Below, in pieces: positions 1 through 12,800 of a DNA stretch of 64,000 nucleotides. A program made the translations under genes and the position numbers. Each line of letters opens with the position of its first letter. Positions within the stretch are counted from its first letter, which is position 1. Origin of the DNA: Podarcis gaigeae (Eukaryota); assembly GCA_964106915.2 (NCBI GenBank), contig OZ066922.1; one strand, given 5' to 3'. The notes under the pieces were generated by a model. The model worked only from the letters and a program-made list of their open reading frames with translations, made no database searches and was not told the DNA's origin.

Positions 1-1013
1 TGTGAAAAGCCAGGATTGGCCAATTACTTAACTGCTTCATATTGAACAGAGATGGCAAATAAATGGGAAGGTGCCTTATATGACCTACCTTACATTCTAA
101 GCTCTGCTTGAAGAAAGGGTTACTAGTACAATGAGATTTAAAAAAATATAAATAATAATAATTTATTTTTAGAAAAATTGCTTTCAAAAGAATACTGCTA
201 TAGGCAATTTAAAATTCTGAGGCTAAAATCAGTTAAATCAGCATAATGAAATGGATGCATTATTATTATTTTATTGCTATTGTATTACAGATATTGCCAT
301 TTGTGCCTACTCATTGTGATTTGAGAACTTTATATCGTAGATTACATAGAGAAATGAAGGGCGTGAGGGAGAAATGTTGCGTCTGTCTTTTTTTTTTTGT
401 CCTTATTCGAAATGAACTGCTGAGAAGTGCAGACCCAGAATAATAGCGCTTCTGAAGGTTATCATGATTCACAGTGGCATTTTGATTAGCAGCGTAGTCT
501 AAAGAATCAATCTTGAATCAAAAACTCACTCTAGAAACCTTAAACTTTACTAAGCCTTTAATGCATGTTGCCTTTCAGCAAGATAAAAAAGAAGCCTTCT
601 CACATTTAAACCACTCTGTCAGTTTTTTAAAAAACCGCTTTAAAGTTGTAGAAAACATGCTGATTTTTATTTATATAGCCGCTTTCAAGGTCTCTGAATC
701 AGAAGCTCTTCATGTTTTATCCAGCCAATCTGCTGAACATATTTTTGCATGAGCTCATTTGCCAAGGCATGGTACAGTAAATGTCGTCCTTCTATTGTCA
801 CTCAGGTAAGCACCTCATTTCACTACTTTGAAGTGCTTCTTAGAATTCCACCAAATATCGCTATCTTCCCCATTGTGTTGAGCACACCCACAGTATGAAC
901 ATACAAAGCTACCTTATACATTGATCTATCATTGTCTACTCTGACTGGCAGAGTCTCAGATATGCCCTCTCCTTATCAGGTTTTGATGTATCTCAAGGTC
1001 GGCAAGCCATTTA

Positions 1014-1475
1014 CCATATTTTTCGCTCTATAAGACACACCCAACCATAAGATGCACCTAGTTTTTAGAGGAGGAAAACAAGAAAAGCCAGCAAGAGCCG
1101 CAGACTCTCTCACTCGGTGCGGCTCTTTAAAGATAGAGCAGCTCTTGCTGACTTTTCCGGGAGGTGGGAGAAGGGACTGATGGGCTGCCCTCCGTCCCTT
1201 TTCCCACCTCCCTGAAAAGCCAAAGCAAGCTGCGCAGCTATCGCTGAAGCCAGAAGAGCAATAGTGAAAGCTGTGCAGCCCGTAAGGGCTCCCTTCCGTT
1301 CCTCCTCCTGCTTCGCTGGGAAGCCAGCAGAACAAGAGGCGCTGCGCAGTTCTCACTCTTGTTCTGCTGGGTTCAGTGATAGCTGCGTTGCCTGCATTCA
1401 CTCCATAAGACGCACACACATTTCCCCTTACTTTTTAGGAGGAAAAAAGTGTGTCTTATGGAGCAAAAAATACGG
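1014..1475. mobile_element. Non-autonomous Tc1/mariner (Tc2-like) DNA transposon
   Basis: TIRs CCATATTTTTCGCTCTATAAGAC ... GTCTTATGGAGCAAAAAATACGG, TA on both sides; CCGTATTT-type termini resemble Tc2-group MITEs. Confidence 0.8.
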
Positions 1476-1969
1476 TATTTGGCAAACTTCAGTTTGGTTA
1501 GGCACAAAACATTCCATTTTCTTCTCTAATTAAAAACCACCCATCTGCTCAGAAAGTCCTCTTCATGTGAGAAGAGAGTCTTACATTACTTTGAATAAAG
1601 ACTTCCATAATGTTTCTAGTAAGTACCACTCTATGTCAATCCAATTCACACACACCTACAATCAATAATTTTAATCATTCCAGGACAGCCCTCTGCCCTC
1701 ATCTAAATGATCGTTTAGTTTTCCTTCCAATCTTGAGCAAAATTCTTATTTTAGTCCATTTGGAAGTTCATTAGCAAATTTAGCAGGTTAAAGATTATTT
1801 GGAAATTAAGCATTTCATCATGAGAAAGTTAAAAATATGGCTCAGACCTCATGGGACTGTGCTACCTTAGAATGCAGGTGAGAGGATCATGGGACTGCAT
1901 CCAGTCTAAACTTTTTGCCTGTGGAAAGCTAACAATTCAGGAAGAGGAGTTCTACCCAAGCCTTCTGCC

Positions 1970-2111
1970 CATGGACGTAGTCAAGGGGTGCAGGGAGGGA
2001 CAGCATCCCTCCCAAATCAACAAAAATCAATAAAATACACAGATAACAGAGTTTCTGCCCCCTCCTAACAAAAGGCTTGCCCCCCTAACAAAAATCCAGG
2101 CTACACCGATA
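1970..2111. mobile_element. Short hAT-like MITE
   Basis: Degenerate TIRs (CATGGACGTAG / CTACACCGATA) and near-perfect 8-bp TSD cttctgcc/cttctacc. Confidence 0.5.
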
Positions 2112-2959
2112 CTTCTACCTAATGCATTAGCTTTCCATATGCAGGGAGTTTTGCAGTGGAGAAGAAATGAAATGTGATCATTCACATGCATTTTGGGGTG
2201 GAGCAGTCCCAGGAGAGTTGTTAGATTTCCTTCTTCACTTCCTTTCTCTCCCTCCTCCCCTGCCAATTTTGCTTTAGCCCCTAAATCCTGGTTCTGAACT
2301 GAGAGGCAGGGCTGAGGGGAAGAATCTCAGGATTCTGTGACTGTCTAACTTTATATCTGATGGAGAAATTCCCTATTGAAAGTTGAGGAAGGATGAAAAG
2401 GGACTAGGATCACTGTATACAACATCACACAGCTCCTCATTTACAAAAGATCAAAGTGATTTTGTTCCCTCTCATTTCACATTCCCTCTGAGAATCACAA
2501 ACACACACACACAAATCAGTGTCATTTTACTGACATTTAAAAATGCTAAATCAATAGTAACTAGGTTGTCTCTTCTTCCACAATTTGCACCTTAGAGTAT
2601 GTGAATTTTATCTTGCACATTATGAATGCCTCGTATTCAGGTCAAGGGAAGATGCAGGTATTTTTTGCTTTTTGCTTCTTTTCTTGCAGTTCCTACAAAA
2701 CGAAACAAACTGCTTGAAATTTCCGTATCCACTCTGTCATGCTCCTTTCCCAATGAAAAGTGTAATCCAACCTCCTACCTGCAGGCCAAATTAGGCCCAA
2801 AAGAGTCCTAATTTGGCCCACCCATGAAGAAGTTTTCCCTGAACAATGCTCTCCTGCCCCACACCTGCTGTTGTATGTGGCATCAGGTATAGAGCAGGTG
2901 AATAGAATTGCTCCAAAGGAACAATGGTGAGACTTAAACTCCTGGTGGTTGTTCAGCAA

Positions 2960-3350
2960 GAGAAGGTTGCTGGTGTGGTATGCACTCAGTAAAGGGCATC
3001 ACTCACTGCCCCGGCTGTGGGATTCTGCACCAGCTACAGCCTCCAGACCATCCATAAAGGAAGCCTCACATCAAGCACATTGCAGTAGTCTAAATGTCAG
3101 GTTACCAGTGCATGAGTCATAGTGGCTAACTATCCCTGACGAGGATCTTTCTGACATAATGAACAGAATGGGTTACTGTGGTCCTGCCTCTCACTCAGGA
3201 GTGAGTGACCCATTCTCTGCAACATGTCAAAGGATGGCACCCACACCCTTATTGTTCCCTAAACGAGTTTCACTCCTTTGGGTTCACCCTGCTACTGGTA
3301 TTTTACCACACTACAGCAGTGCTGCTGATTTAGTAGTTCTAGCAGGATGT
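2960..3350 (-). mobile_element. Degraded L2-like LINE remnant
   Basis: Minus strand around 3060-3115 reads HALVT*HLDYCNVLDVRLP, matching the L2 ORF2 motif HALVTSRLDYCN; boundaries approximate. Confidence 0.55.
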
Positions 3351-3635
3351 CCCAAGACAAATCAGTGAACTTGGAACTGAGACTCGGCTAGTTTAACTGC
3401 AATGAGCCCAGACATCTCTGCCTCCTTTCTTGGGGCGTTGCCACAGGAAAGATGACATGTTAATTGCTTGGGTGCACAGGGAAACAGTTTGTGCAGTCGC
3501 TGTGTTCCTTGATCAGATCCCTTGTTTTATTAAATGCTGGCAGGTATTTCTACACAAAGATGTTGTGCTGTGGCACATTAAAAATGCTCGACAGCACTGA
3601 AAATCAAGACTTAGGAAGCCATCAAAAGAAATGAT

Positions 3636-5858
3636 AAGCCTTTGATAATATTTCATGGAGTTTTATGACAAAAAACCTTCTGGGGATGGGGGTAGGCCAA
3701 GAGTTTGAAAATGGTATAAGTGCGATATACTCTGAACAAAAAGCAAAACTAATTGTGAATAATGTGGTTACAGAAGAAATTCCTATTGAAAAAGGGACAC
3801 GTCAGGGATGCCCAATCTCTCCATTACTTTTTATATCGGTCCTGGAGGTCCTGTTGAACATGATCAGAAAGGACCAGCTGGTTAAAGGAATACAGGTCGG
3901 AGTTAAACAATATAAACTGAGAGCCTTCGCAGATGATTTAGTACTTACATTGCAAGAGCCGGAATCTAGTACCAAAAGAGTATTAGAACTAATTCAAGAG
4001 TTTGGTCAAGTAGCAGGATTTAAATTAAATAAGTTGAAAACGAAGGTTTTGGAGAAAAATTTAACAACATTGGAGAAAGTAAAGTTTCAGAGTGAGACAG
4101 GGTTAACGGTGGTTAAGAAAGTGAAATATTTGGGGATAAATATGTCATCTAAAAATCTGAATTTATTTAAAGATAATTATGAGAAAACCTGGGCGGAAGT
4201 AAAAAAAAGACTTAGAAATTTGGTCAAATATGAAGCTTTCCTTGTTGGGTCGAATTTCAGTTATAAAAATGAATGTATTGCCTAGAATGTTGTTTTTGTT
4301 CCAAACATTGCAAATAGTGGATAAGATGGATTGTTTTAAGAAATGGCAGAAAGATATTTCTAAGTTTGTCTGGCAGGGCAAGAAGCCTAGAATAAAATTT
4401 AAGATATTAACTGATTCGAAAGAAAGGGGCGGATTTGCCCTGCCAGACCTTAAATTGTATTATGAATCAGCAGCTTTTTGCTGGTTGAAAGAATGGCTAC
4501 TTCTAGAAAATTCTGATGTTTTGGATTTAGAAGGTTATGACAATCTTTTTGGATGGCATGCATACCTGTGGTACGACAAGGCAAAAGTTCATAAAGGTTT
4601 TAAAAATCATATTGTCAGAAAAGCACTATATAATGTCTGGATTAGATATAAAGATTTGTTGGAAAGTAAAACTCCAAGGTGGTTGTCGCCAATGGAGGCA
4701 AAAGCTATTAAAAAACTAAACATGGAGGTTAACTGGCCGAGATATTGGGAAATTTTGGAACAAGAAGGAGACAGACTGAAATTGCAAAGTTTTGAGAAGT
4801 TAAAAGGGAAAGTGAGAGATTGGCTGCATTATTATCAGATAATGGAAGTTTTTAAACTAGACAGGAAAGTTGGCTTCCAGGTGGAAAAATCAAAACTAGA
4901 AACTGAATTGCTAGAACCTAGTACTAAGAACTTGTCAAAAATGTATAACTTGTTGTTGAAATGGAATACACAAGATGAAATGGTTAAATCTGCAATGATT
5001 AAATGGGCGCAGGATATTGGTCATGACATAATGTTTGCTGACTGGGAAAAGTTATGGACCACCGGGATGAAATTTACGGCATGTAGTGCCTTGAGAGAAA
5101 ATATTATGAAAATGATTTATAGGTGGTACATAACCCCAGTCAAGCTTGCAAAAATTTATCATTCGCCCGAGAACAAATGTTGGAAGTGTAAAGAAAGGGA
5201 GGGAACATTCTTCCACCTTTGGTGGACGTGCCCAAGGATTAAGGCTTTCTGGGAACTGATCTATAATGAACTGAAAAAAGTACTTAGGTACACTTTCCCT
5301 AAGAAACCAGAGGCCTTTCTCCTGGGCATAGTCGGCCAATTGGTTGTAAAGAAGGATAGAACCTTTTTTATGTATGCCACAACAGCAGCAAGAATTCTTA
5401 TAGCAAAGTACTGGAAGACACCAGATTTACCCACCGTGGAAGAGTGGCAGATGAAAGTGATGGACTACATGGGCTTGGCAGAGATGACGAGCAGAATTCG
5501 AGACCAGGGAAGAGCAACGGCGGAAGAAGATTGGAAAAAATTTAAAGACTATTTAAAGAAATATTCTAAAATCAGTGAATGCTAGATTGATGTTGAATGA
5601 GAAAAATAGGGGTTAATAGCGATAATGGTTAAGTGGAAGAATCTGAACAATTTGTATAATCAATTTGAAAAAAAGGGAGGGATTTGCTAATTAACTATCT
5701 CGACATGAGAATGCAGAAAGGGGAGGTACGAGGAAGTCGGGAGAGTAAGGACCATGAAATTAAGAGCCTGAAACTATACGTGTTGTATGTTTTCTTTATT
5801 GTCTTGTCTCTTTTGTTATGGATGGAAAACTAAATAAAAATCATTTTGAAAAAAAAAA
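3636..5858 (+). mobile_element. 5'-truncated L1-clade LINE (ORF2 RT to 3' end), antisense in CPE intron 1
   Basis: Begins at the RT AFD motif; GTRQGCPISP and FADD in ORF 3665-4285; C-terminal CCHC knuckle CWKCKEREGTFFHLWWTC in ORF 4230-5585; one +1 frameshift in the A8 run at 4201-4208; AATAAA at about 5833 and poly(A) 5849-5858. Confidence 0.92.
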
Positions 5859-8800
5859 GATAATTTGCTTTGCTATGCAAATACTTCGCTACACACTAAT
5901 GGGATTTAAGTGGCCTGCATAAAAGACTGCAGCCCAAGACTACCCTTAGGATTTGTCCAGACTGGCAGGAATCCAGGAAAGAGAGACAGCTCCTAAACAA
6001 ACTTTCTTCAAGAAGGGGAAATTGGCAAAGTAGTAGGAAAGTCATGTGTTTATTATCATTCAATACTAACAGTTAAAAGTGATGTGACCAATTGATTTTG
6101 AAAATGCAGCATGCTGCCTTTCTGCTATAAATGGCATTCGAGGCAGCTTAACAATCAGTCATAATAAAAATCCAAAGCAGCAGATAAAAGTATTGGGACA
6201 GAAGATTAAATAATCACAACAGCCAAGAACTCAAAACACAAGAATCAGAGAACAGACTTCACTCAGCATCTATACACAGTAGAAAAAGTGGGTTTCTGTC
6301 AGTAGACAGTTCTGTAGTCTGACCACACACATAGAAAAGTCATTCTCCTTACTTCTGCAGGGCAGAGAAGGGCTAATGCTATAGAAAGAGAGAGCACATC
6401 TTGCCCTTGAGCTCTCTAAACAAATTGCTTAGTTCTTTGGATCTTGGCACCAAGGACACAGCTATAGATAAAAGTTGCAACAGTTAACTGACTAGTTGGT
6501 TACATTAAACGAGGTGTGGGGCCTCCAGAGGTTGTTGAACTACAGCTCCCATCAGCTGTAGCAAGCCGGGTGAATAGCCAGGGATTATAGGAACTGTATT
6601 TCAGCAACATCTTGGGAGGGGTTAAAGGTTCTCCACACCTGTATGAAATTATTTTGTAAAAAAAAACCTCTTTGGGCAGAGCAATCCTAAAGCTGACCAA
6701 AGGGCAGCTGAGAGGCTGTTGGTGCATAAGAACCAGGAGGATGCCAGTGATCCATCTGGTCCAGCATCCGTTCTCACAGTGGCCAACCAGATGCCTTGAG
6801 AAAGCATATAAGGAGAATCTGAGCAAAACAGCCACTGTCTCTCTTGTGGTTTCCAGAACTGATATGCTTCCTCTGACTGCAGCATAAATGCCACTCTGCT
6901 GGAGAGAGAAGCCTATCAGCGGGAAGCACTCATGATGCCAGAACATGCACCGCTGAATACCCACAGAAAGCTGTGTTGGCTTACATGTTGCACCAAACAT
7001 TGGTGGGAGGAGTGGTATGTCAGGGGAGGGCATGGATATATAGGATCCTAAGGAGCTTCATTGCCTGGACATGATCCCAAAAGGACACAGAACAATGTCA
7101 GCCCTGAAGCTGGTGAATAATTTCCTTCCTGTTGGAATCAAAACTCTCCATCACCACCAAACCTTCTGCCAGCTGGCAAGGCTTCTGCTATGGCTATTGC
7201 TCCACTACAGAATCTCTTGGCCTTTGGAATCCTCTTCAAATCAATGATAGAGATGTCCTTGATTTTAGTTTTCAAATAGTATTTTTTAATACAAGGACTT
7301 GTAAAAGCTGCAGATGGGCAAGCATCATCTTGAAAGATATCTTTGTTCTTCTGCTGCACACAGGAATATTGTCTCTGCTAAGATGACGCCTCTTATAGAC
7401 ATATTTGTGCATCATTTAAAAACAAAGACAATACTTCCTTTCTTCAGTTGTATTGATTTTACCTGTACAGAAAATTATGCAAATTGAAATCAATATTTGA
7501 CTCAAAGTTATTTGTTGGAACATTTATTTGAACATATGAAATTGGATCTTTGGTTCCCATAGCTCTGTATTGTTTATGCTGAAATGCTGAAGATATGTTG
7601 CAAGTCACACTGGAGTCTTCCACAACTCTACTTGGAGATGCTAGAAATTTACAGTACATCCCTATGTATGTTTACTTGAGATTGATGGGACATATTCCTA
7701 TGTGTGTGTAGGACTGCAGGCTGAATCTACATGAAAGCAATGGGCTCTAGCACTGAGCCATGGCTTCATCCCCCAGTGGGGCCTTCATTAATAAATAGAG
7801 TCTATTTATCTATGTCTGTATATATCTATGTCTATAAATAAGGACATGACATGAGTAGTGCCGCTAGATTTACTGAGCCTGCTCAAGTACGCAGTGTGCT
7901 GCTTAATCATTCAATCAATCAAGCCTGGCTTCCAATCCTACTTACAGTACAAGCCCACACTGTCTGCTCAGCAGTAAATCCCACTGAGCTCCATGGGACT
8001 TACTCACAGGCAGTGGATATAGGACTGAAGTCTTAGTCTTATCTAGGAGGTTATTTTAAGGGCTTAAGGACCATCTATATGTGGTTGATGGACCATGTCC
8101 CAGCATGCTGCTTGAAAGCATCAGGAAGGCAAGTCTCATCAAGACTAAGAGCCCTTGAGCAATACAGACAGATCAAAATGGGAGGGGGGATATGCATGTG
8201 TGTGAGAGAGAAAGAAAGGGGGTTATACTGGTTAAATAGGCACTTGCATATAAACATTTTCACTTGTATCTTCATAACTTAAAATACAGCCACCCCATAC
8301 AAAGAAAGATGGCCTTGTTAAATCACAGAAGTGATATTCTCTGTGGATTCTGTCTACCGTTCCAGGCAAACCGCAGTTCCTGCCCCTACTTTTCCAGTTC
8401 ACTTGGCCCAATTTACTTGTTGACAAGTTGATGCAATTATGTGGTTTAATCAAATATCAAGGTTGGTTGTTTTTTTACACAGCACTCTGGCATTCTTCCT
8501 TCATCCCCAGCAAATTCATAGCCTGCAGATTAAGATGCCAGCTGAAATAGAAACAGCACTATGAACTCTGTACTGTTCTTACATTTATTCCTGCAGCCAC
8601 CCACTTTATATACTTGTGCATCTGGCACTTGTATTTTCTGTATAACAGCATACTTTATATTTATTTTTATTCCTTAAAATATTTATAGACTGCCTTCTCA
8701 TTAGAAGTATAACAAGGTGGTACATAACATAAAAGAGTACAGAACAGAACAGACAAAAAAAATACAAGGCTACTGTAATATCTAAAAAAAATCATGTCAA

Positions 8801-8929
8801 TACATTGGTGGGTGCAAAACTTCAAATTACAAATACCGATTTGAACAATTCAGCTTCCGAAAGTTATCTAAAAGAAAGCAGGGGTGACTCATTATATTTG
8901 AAAAGAGCTTCACACTAAAGGCTTAGTCC

Positions 8930-9870
8930 ATCATGAAGACTGGGGACTGCAAAAAGTGCCCAACCAGAAGATCTGAGGTTAAATATGAGGTCCTTAAGAT
9001 TCTTTGGGCCCAGATTGTGTTGAGTTTTTGAATTAACACAATAACCTTGAACCTGGCTGAGTAGCAAATTGGCAATCAGAGCAGCTCTCTCTCAAGGAGT
9101 AGCCTGTTGCCAGTAACCACAACTTTTGGCCCAGATACAAGAGCAGTCTCATATGAAGGGCATTGCAGTAATTTAAGTCTTGAAATTTATTTTATTTTTT
9201 AAAATTATATTTCTATCCCACCCATCTTCCAAAATGAGCTCAGGGCAGTTACCAATGCATGGACCACTGTGGTCTCTCTATCCCAGTCTAGAGATGGAAG
9301 TGAGCAGTTGTATTCTTAGCTACAAAGCTCATTTGGGCCTCTAGTAACAAAGATGAATCAAGGGGTATCTTTAAGCTGCACACCTGCTCAGAGGACCTGC
9401 AACCCCATACAGAAAAGGTAGCTGATCTATCTCCCAGAAACAGGATCCACACACACTGTATCAAGGTATTAGTCCAGGGCTTACATAGACTGACTCAGAT
9501 GTAATATGCAAATGGAATTTGGTATCATCAGTGTACTGATGTCTTCTCCAAAACTTCCAATGACTTCTCCCAACAGGTTCATGTAGATGTTGAATAGCAC
9601 TAAGGACAATAAAGTGCCCCTTCGTGCTCAGCAGCACAAATGTCAAGCAGCTGAAGAACACTCTCACAATGCTGTTATTTGGAGATAGCTGGTAGGAACA
9701 CAGCCACTGAAAAACATTGTCACCCATACCCATCCCACAAAATCAGTTCAGAAGGATACCATGACCAATGGAACCAAAAGTGACTAAGACATTAAGCAGA
9801 AGGAGGGGGGCTGCACTCTCCCCGAGCTTCTCTCTTTAAAGGTCATCCATCAAGGTGACCAAGGCTGGAT
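8930..9870 (-). mobile_element. Degraded L2-like LINE RT remnant
   Basis: Minus-strand HQYTDDT (YADD-like), a decayed LLLDLSAAFDTIDH-like segment near 9760-9805 and LNYCN near 9160-9180; boundaries approximate. Confidence 0.6.
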
Positions 9871-12800
9871 CTAGACACATAAAAAAAAAACATTTTAGGA
9901 AAACGCATTGAAAACTTCATAATGGAAAATCACACTGGCTAAAGTCGGGGCTCCACAGCGCCATCTGTTGTCACAGTGTTATAACGCATATACTGTACAA
10001 CACTTTTTCTTTACTAATGTAGCTGAGTCCCAAGGCTGAAATGAATCCAGATTTTCACTTTTATCCAGGAATGTCGGCAGTTGTTTCAAATGGGCAATAG
10101 TTGTCACAAACCATTGGGTCCAGGGCCAACTTGTTCAAGAGGGTCTGCTCCTTGCTAAAGAGTGTATACTACAAACAAGTTTATTTTCTTCATGCAGTCA
10201 TCTTCACAATGAAGACAATGGGCAGACTAAAAATCATGGGTTGTGTCCAACACTGCTGTTCTGCTCACACAATAGACTTCTGCTTGCACAACAGAACTCC
10301 CCCCTCCACTCCTCTGCAGCCTCTGGAGCCGATATTAGGGGTGTTAAGGGTAAGGAAGAGGAAGTCCCATTGCATGAGTGGAAAGCTGCTCATACAGTGT
10401 TGAATGCAACTCTTGTGTTTCTAAATAATTAAAAATAAAACTGCACTGAAGCCAAAGCTCTAATAGGAAGGCTTAGAAATCTGTGGATTAGTGAAGCAGA
10501 TAAAAATCCCTCTTCATTACGCAACTGCCCTGTCACACAGTTAAACAAAATGTTGGACTAACCCATGATAAGTTTTTTTTCTGCAGGAGATGGAGCAGGT
10601 CCTAGGATGGGTCGCCACTCACACTGGGAAGGATTATTCAGTTAAAGGGTGGGTTGCCCTTGCAGGAGGGCCATCCCCTTTCTTCTTCAGTTGCACAACT
10701 GCCCAAGCAAAAAAAAAAAGTTTAACAAAACTAAATGGGCCTGGCAACCATGAAAGCATATAAATGAAGTAGGTATGAAGAAGAAGAGAAAAAGTGCCCA
10801 CAAGAAACACATCTCTCCCCCCAGCTCATTATCTGATATTGTCCGATGCTGCAGCATCCTCTGCAGGAAAACACTTTACATTCTGCAACACACTCGAACC
10901 ACCTAGGACAAAATCATGTGTGCATGTGCAATGTATAGTATTAGCAAAATTAAAATAAGAAGCACATTCCTGCTGCCCTACATAACAGTTTCCTAGTACT
11001 GCTCTCATCAAGATTTGAATTTAAATTGGCTGAGTTTCAATGCAGAGGGCTGAATTCTCTGTTGTCTTACACTCGTGCTAACCTCCTGAAAATCACCTAG
11101 TGCAAGATATATAACACAATCTTTGGCCCCAAGAGCACATTTTTCTGTGCAATCTGATGGGATCTGCTTTTGTTTAGAATGGGGTATTACTGGAACCAAT
11201 CATCTATTTTTACATTCTTGGGAATAATGAATTGCTATAGCATAAATCACTAAAGCAAAAGGGGGGGGGGGTATCTGTGGAAATCCAAAAGCACCTGATG
11301 TAAATCAGAGTTGAAGAACTGCATGATCTTTATAAATAAACATGAAGAGGTAACATCTCTCACACTAAAGGAATCAGTTAAAGCAAAATCCTGAAACTAT
11401 AAGAAGAGCCCATTTGCCCATGGGAAGCTGGCAAGCAAGATCTGGCATTCAGAGATATATTGCTTCCAATAGCAAAAATTGTCTCCTTAACTGCCAGCAA
11501 ATTCCACGTACCAGAATAATTTATATACAGAGATTTCCTACATGTAAAGACATTTTAAATACTAGTTGATTAAACAGGTGGCACCTCCAAGAAATAAACA
11601 GGAGTACATATGTGTGCAGTCAACATAATAGGCACCGTGGCAGCTTGCTGTGCCAATAGCATGTTTTGCTATTATACACGTACTGAGAATCTTTTAAGGT
11701 GTCATTCCCCCCTTTGAAAACCTGTGAACCTCATAAGCTCCATTTACAACAAATTATAAAAAACACCATGCTGCCCAGCGTTTTTCAGAGCAGGGCTGCA
11801 CCTTTAAATACTGCCTACACCAGATGGTCTTGACATAAAAGCAGCAGGAGACAACATTTTAATGCTACTCAAACAAGCAACTTGTGCTAGTCGCAGACCA
11901 ATGGAAGCAGCCTCAGCCGGCTAATCCTCTCTGTAACCATAGCAACTTCTATTTCAGACAGTTCCACGATTTTCAAGTCATATGGGCCTGCGTGAGTCCA
12001 AGTACCTCTTTTCCAACACTACTAATGCAACCAGGTATATTTTCTCCTGTGTTAGGAAACTGCATTTCAAGGATTTCACTGAGAGAAAAGCCTGAATTCG
12101 TTTTTCCTATGCAGATTTATGCAGTTATCAGTTTCCATATGGCACGCCTTGTGACATGAGGCTGAACTGATATCATAAATCAGGGAAGGAACATTCTGCG
12201 TGGCTTAAATGGGGCTTCTCAAACTCGGGAGGGCAGGGAAAGAAGAGAAGGATTCTGCAAGTGCCACAAATTTTCCAAAAAAAAGTATTTGCTCCATCTG
12301 TCAGAAAGAGACAGAAAGAGTCTGTTTGCAGAGGGAAATGCAGCCAGCATCACAGTACACTATACAAAAAAATCAGGCTCCTAACTCTCCGTGACTTGGC
12401 TTCAAGAACACCTACTCTCAGGTATGAAAATCTCGCAACTAATGCCATTAACAAAAAAACAAAATATCCACAATATATAGAGATGAATAGAGAGCCTGAG
12501 GAAGGTTACATGCTTATATAAGATCCCATGTCACCTGAATAGCGATTCTGCCACTATGGTCTACTCCTGTGTCCATTTCCAAGAGAGAGTTTTGGTGAGA
12601 CGCTTACAACCTGAGCTGCCCTGTGCTCTTGATCCTCACTTGCTCATTTTCTCAGGCAAAAGGAAACCTTTACAGGGGGAGTGGTGAATCTTTGGCCCTT
12701 CATACGCTGCAGGACTACAACTCCCAACCCTGGCTATTGGTCATGCTGGTTGCAGCAAATGGAAGTTGAGAGTCAAACTACATCTGGAGGGCAAACTACA

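Noticed and set aside
3625-3637. TSD for the L1 element
   Set aside because: Only GATAA is shared with the 3' flank, too short and A-rich to call
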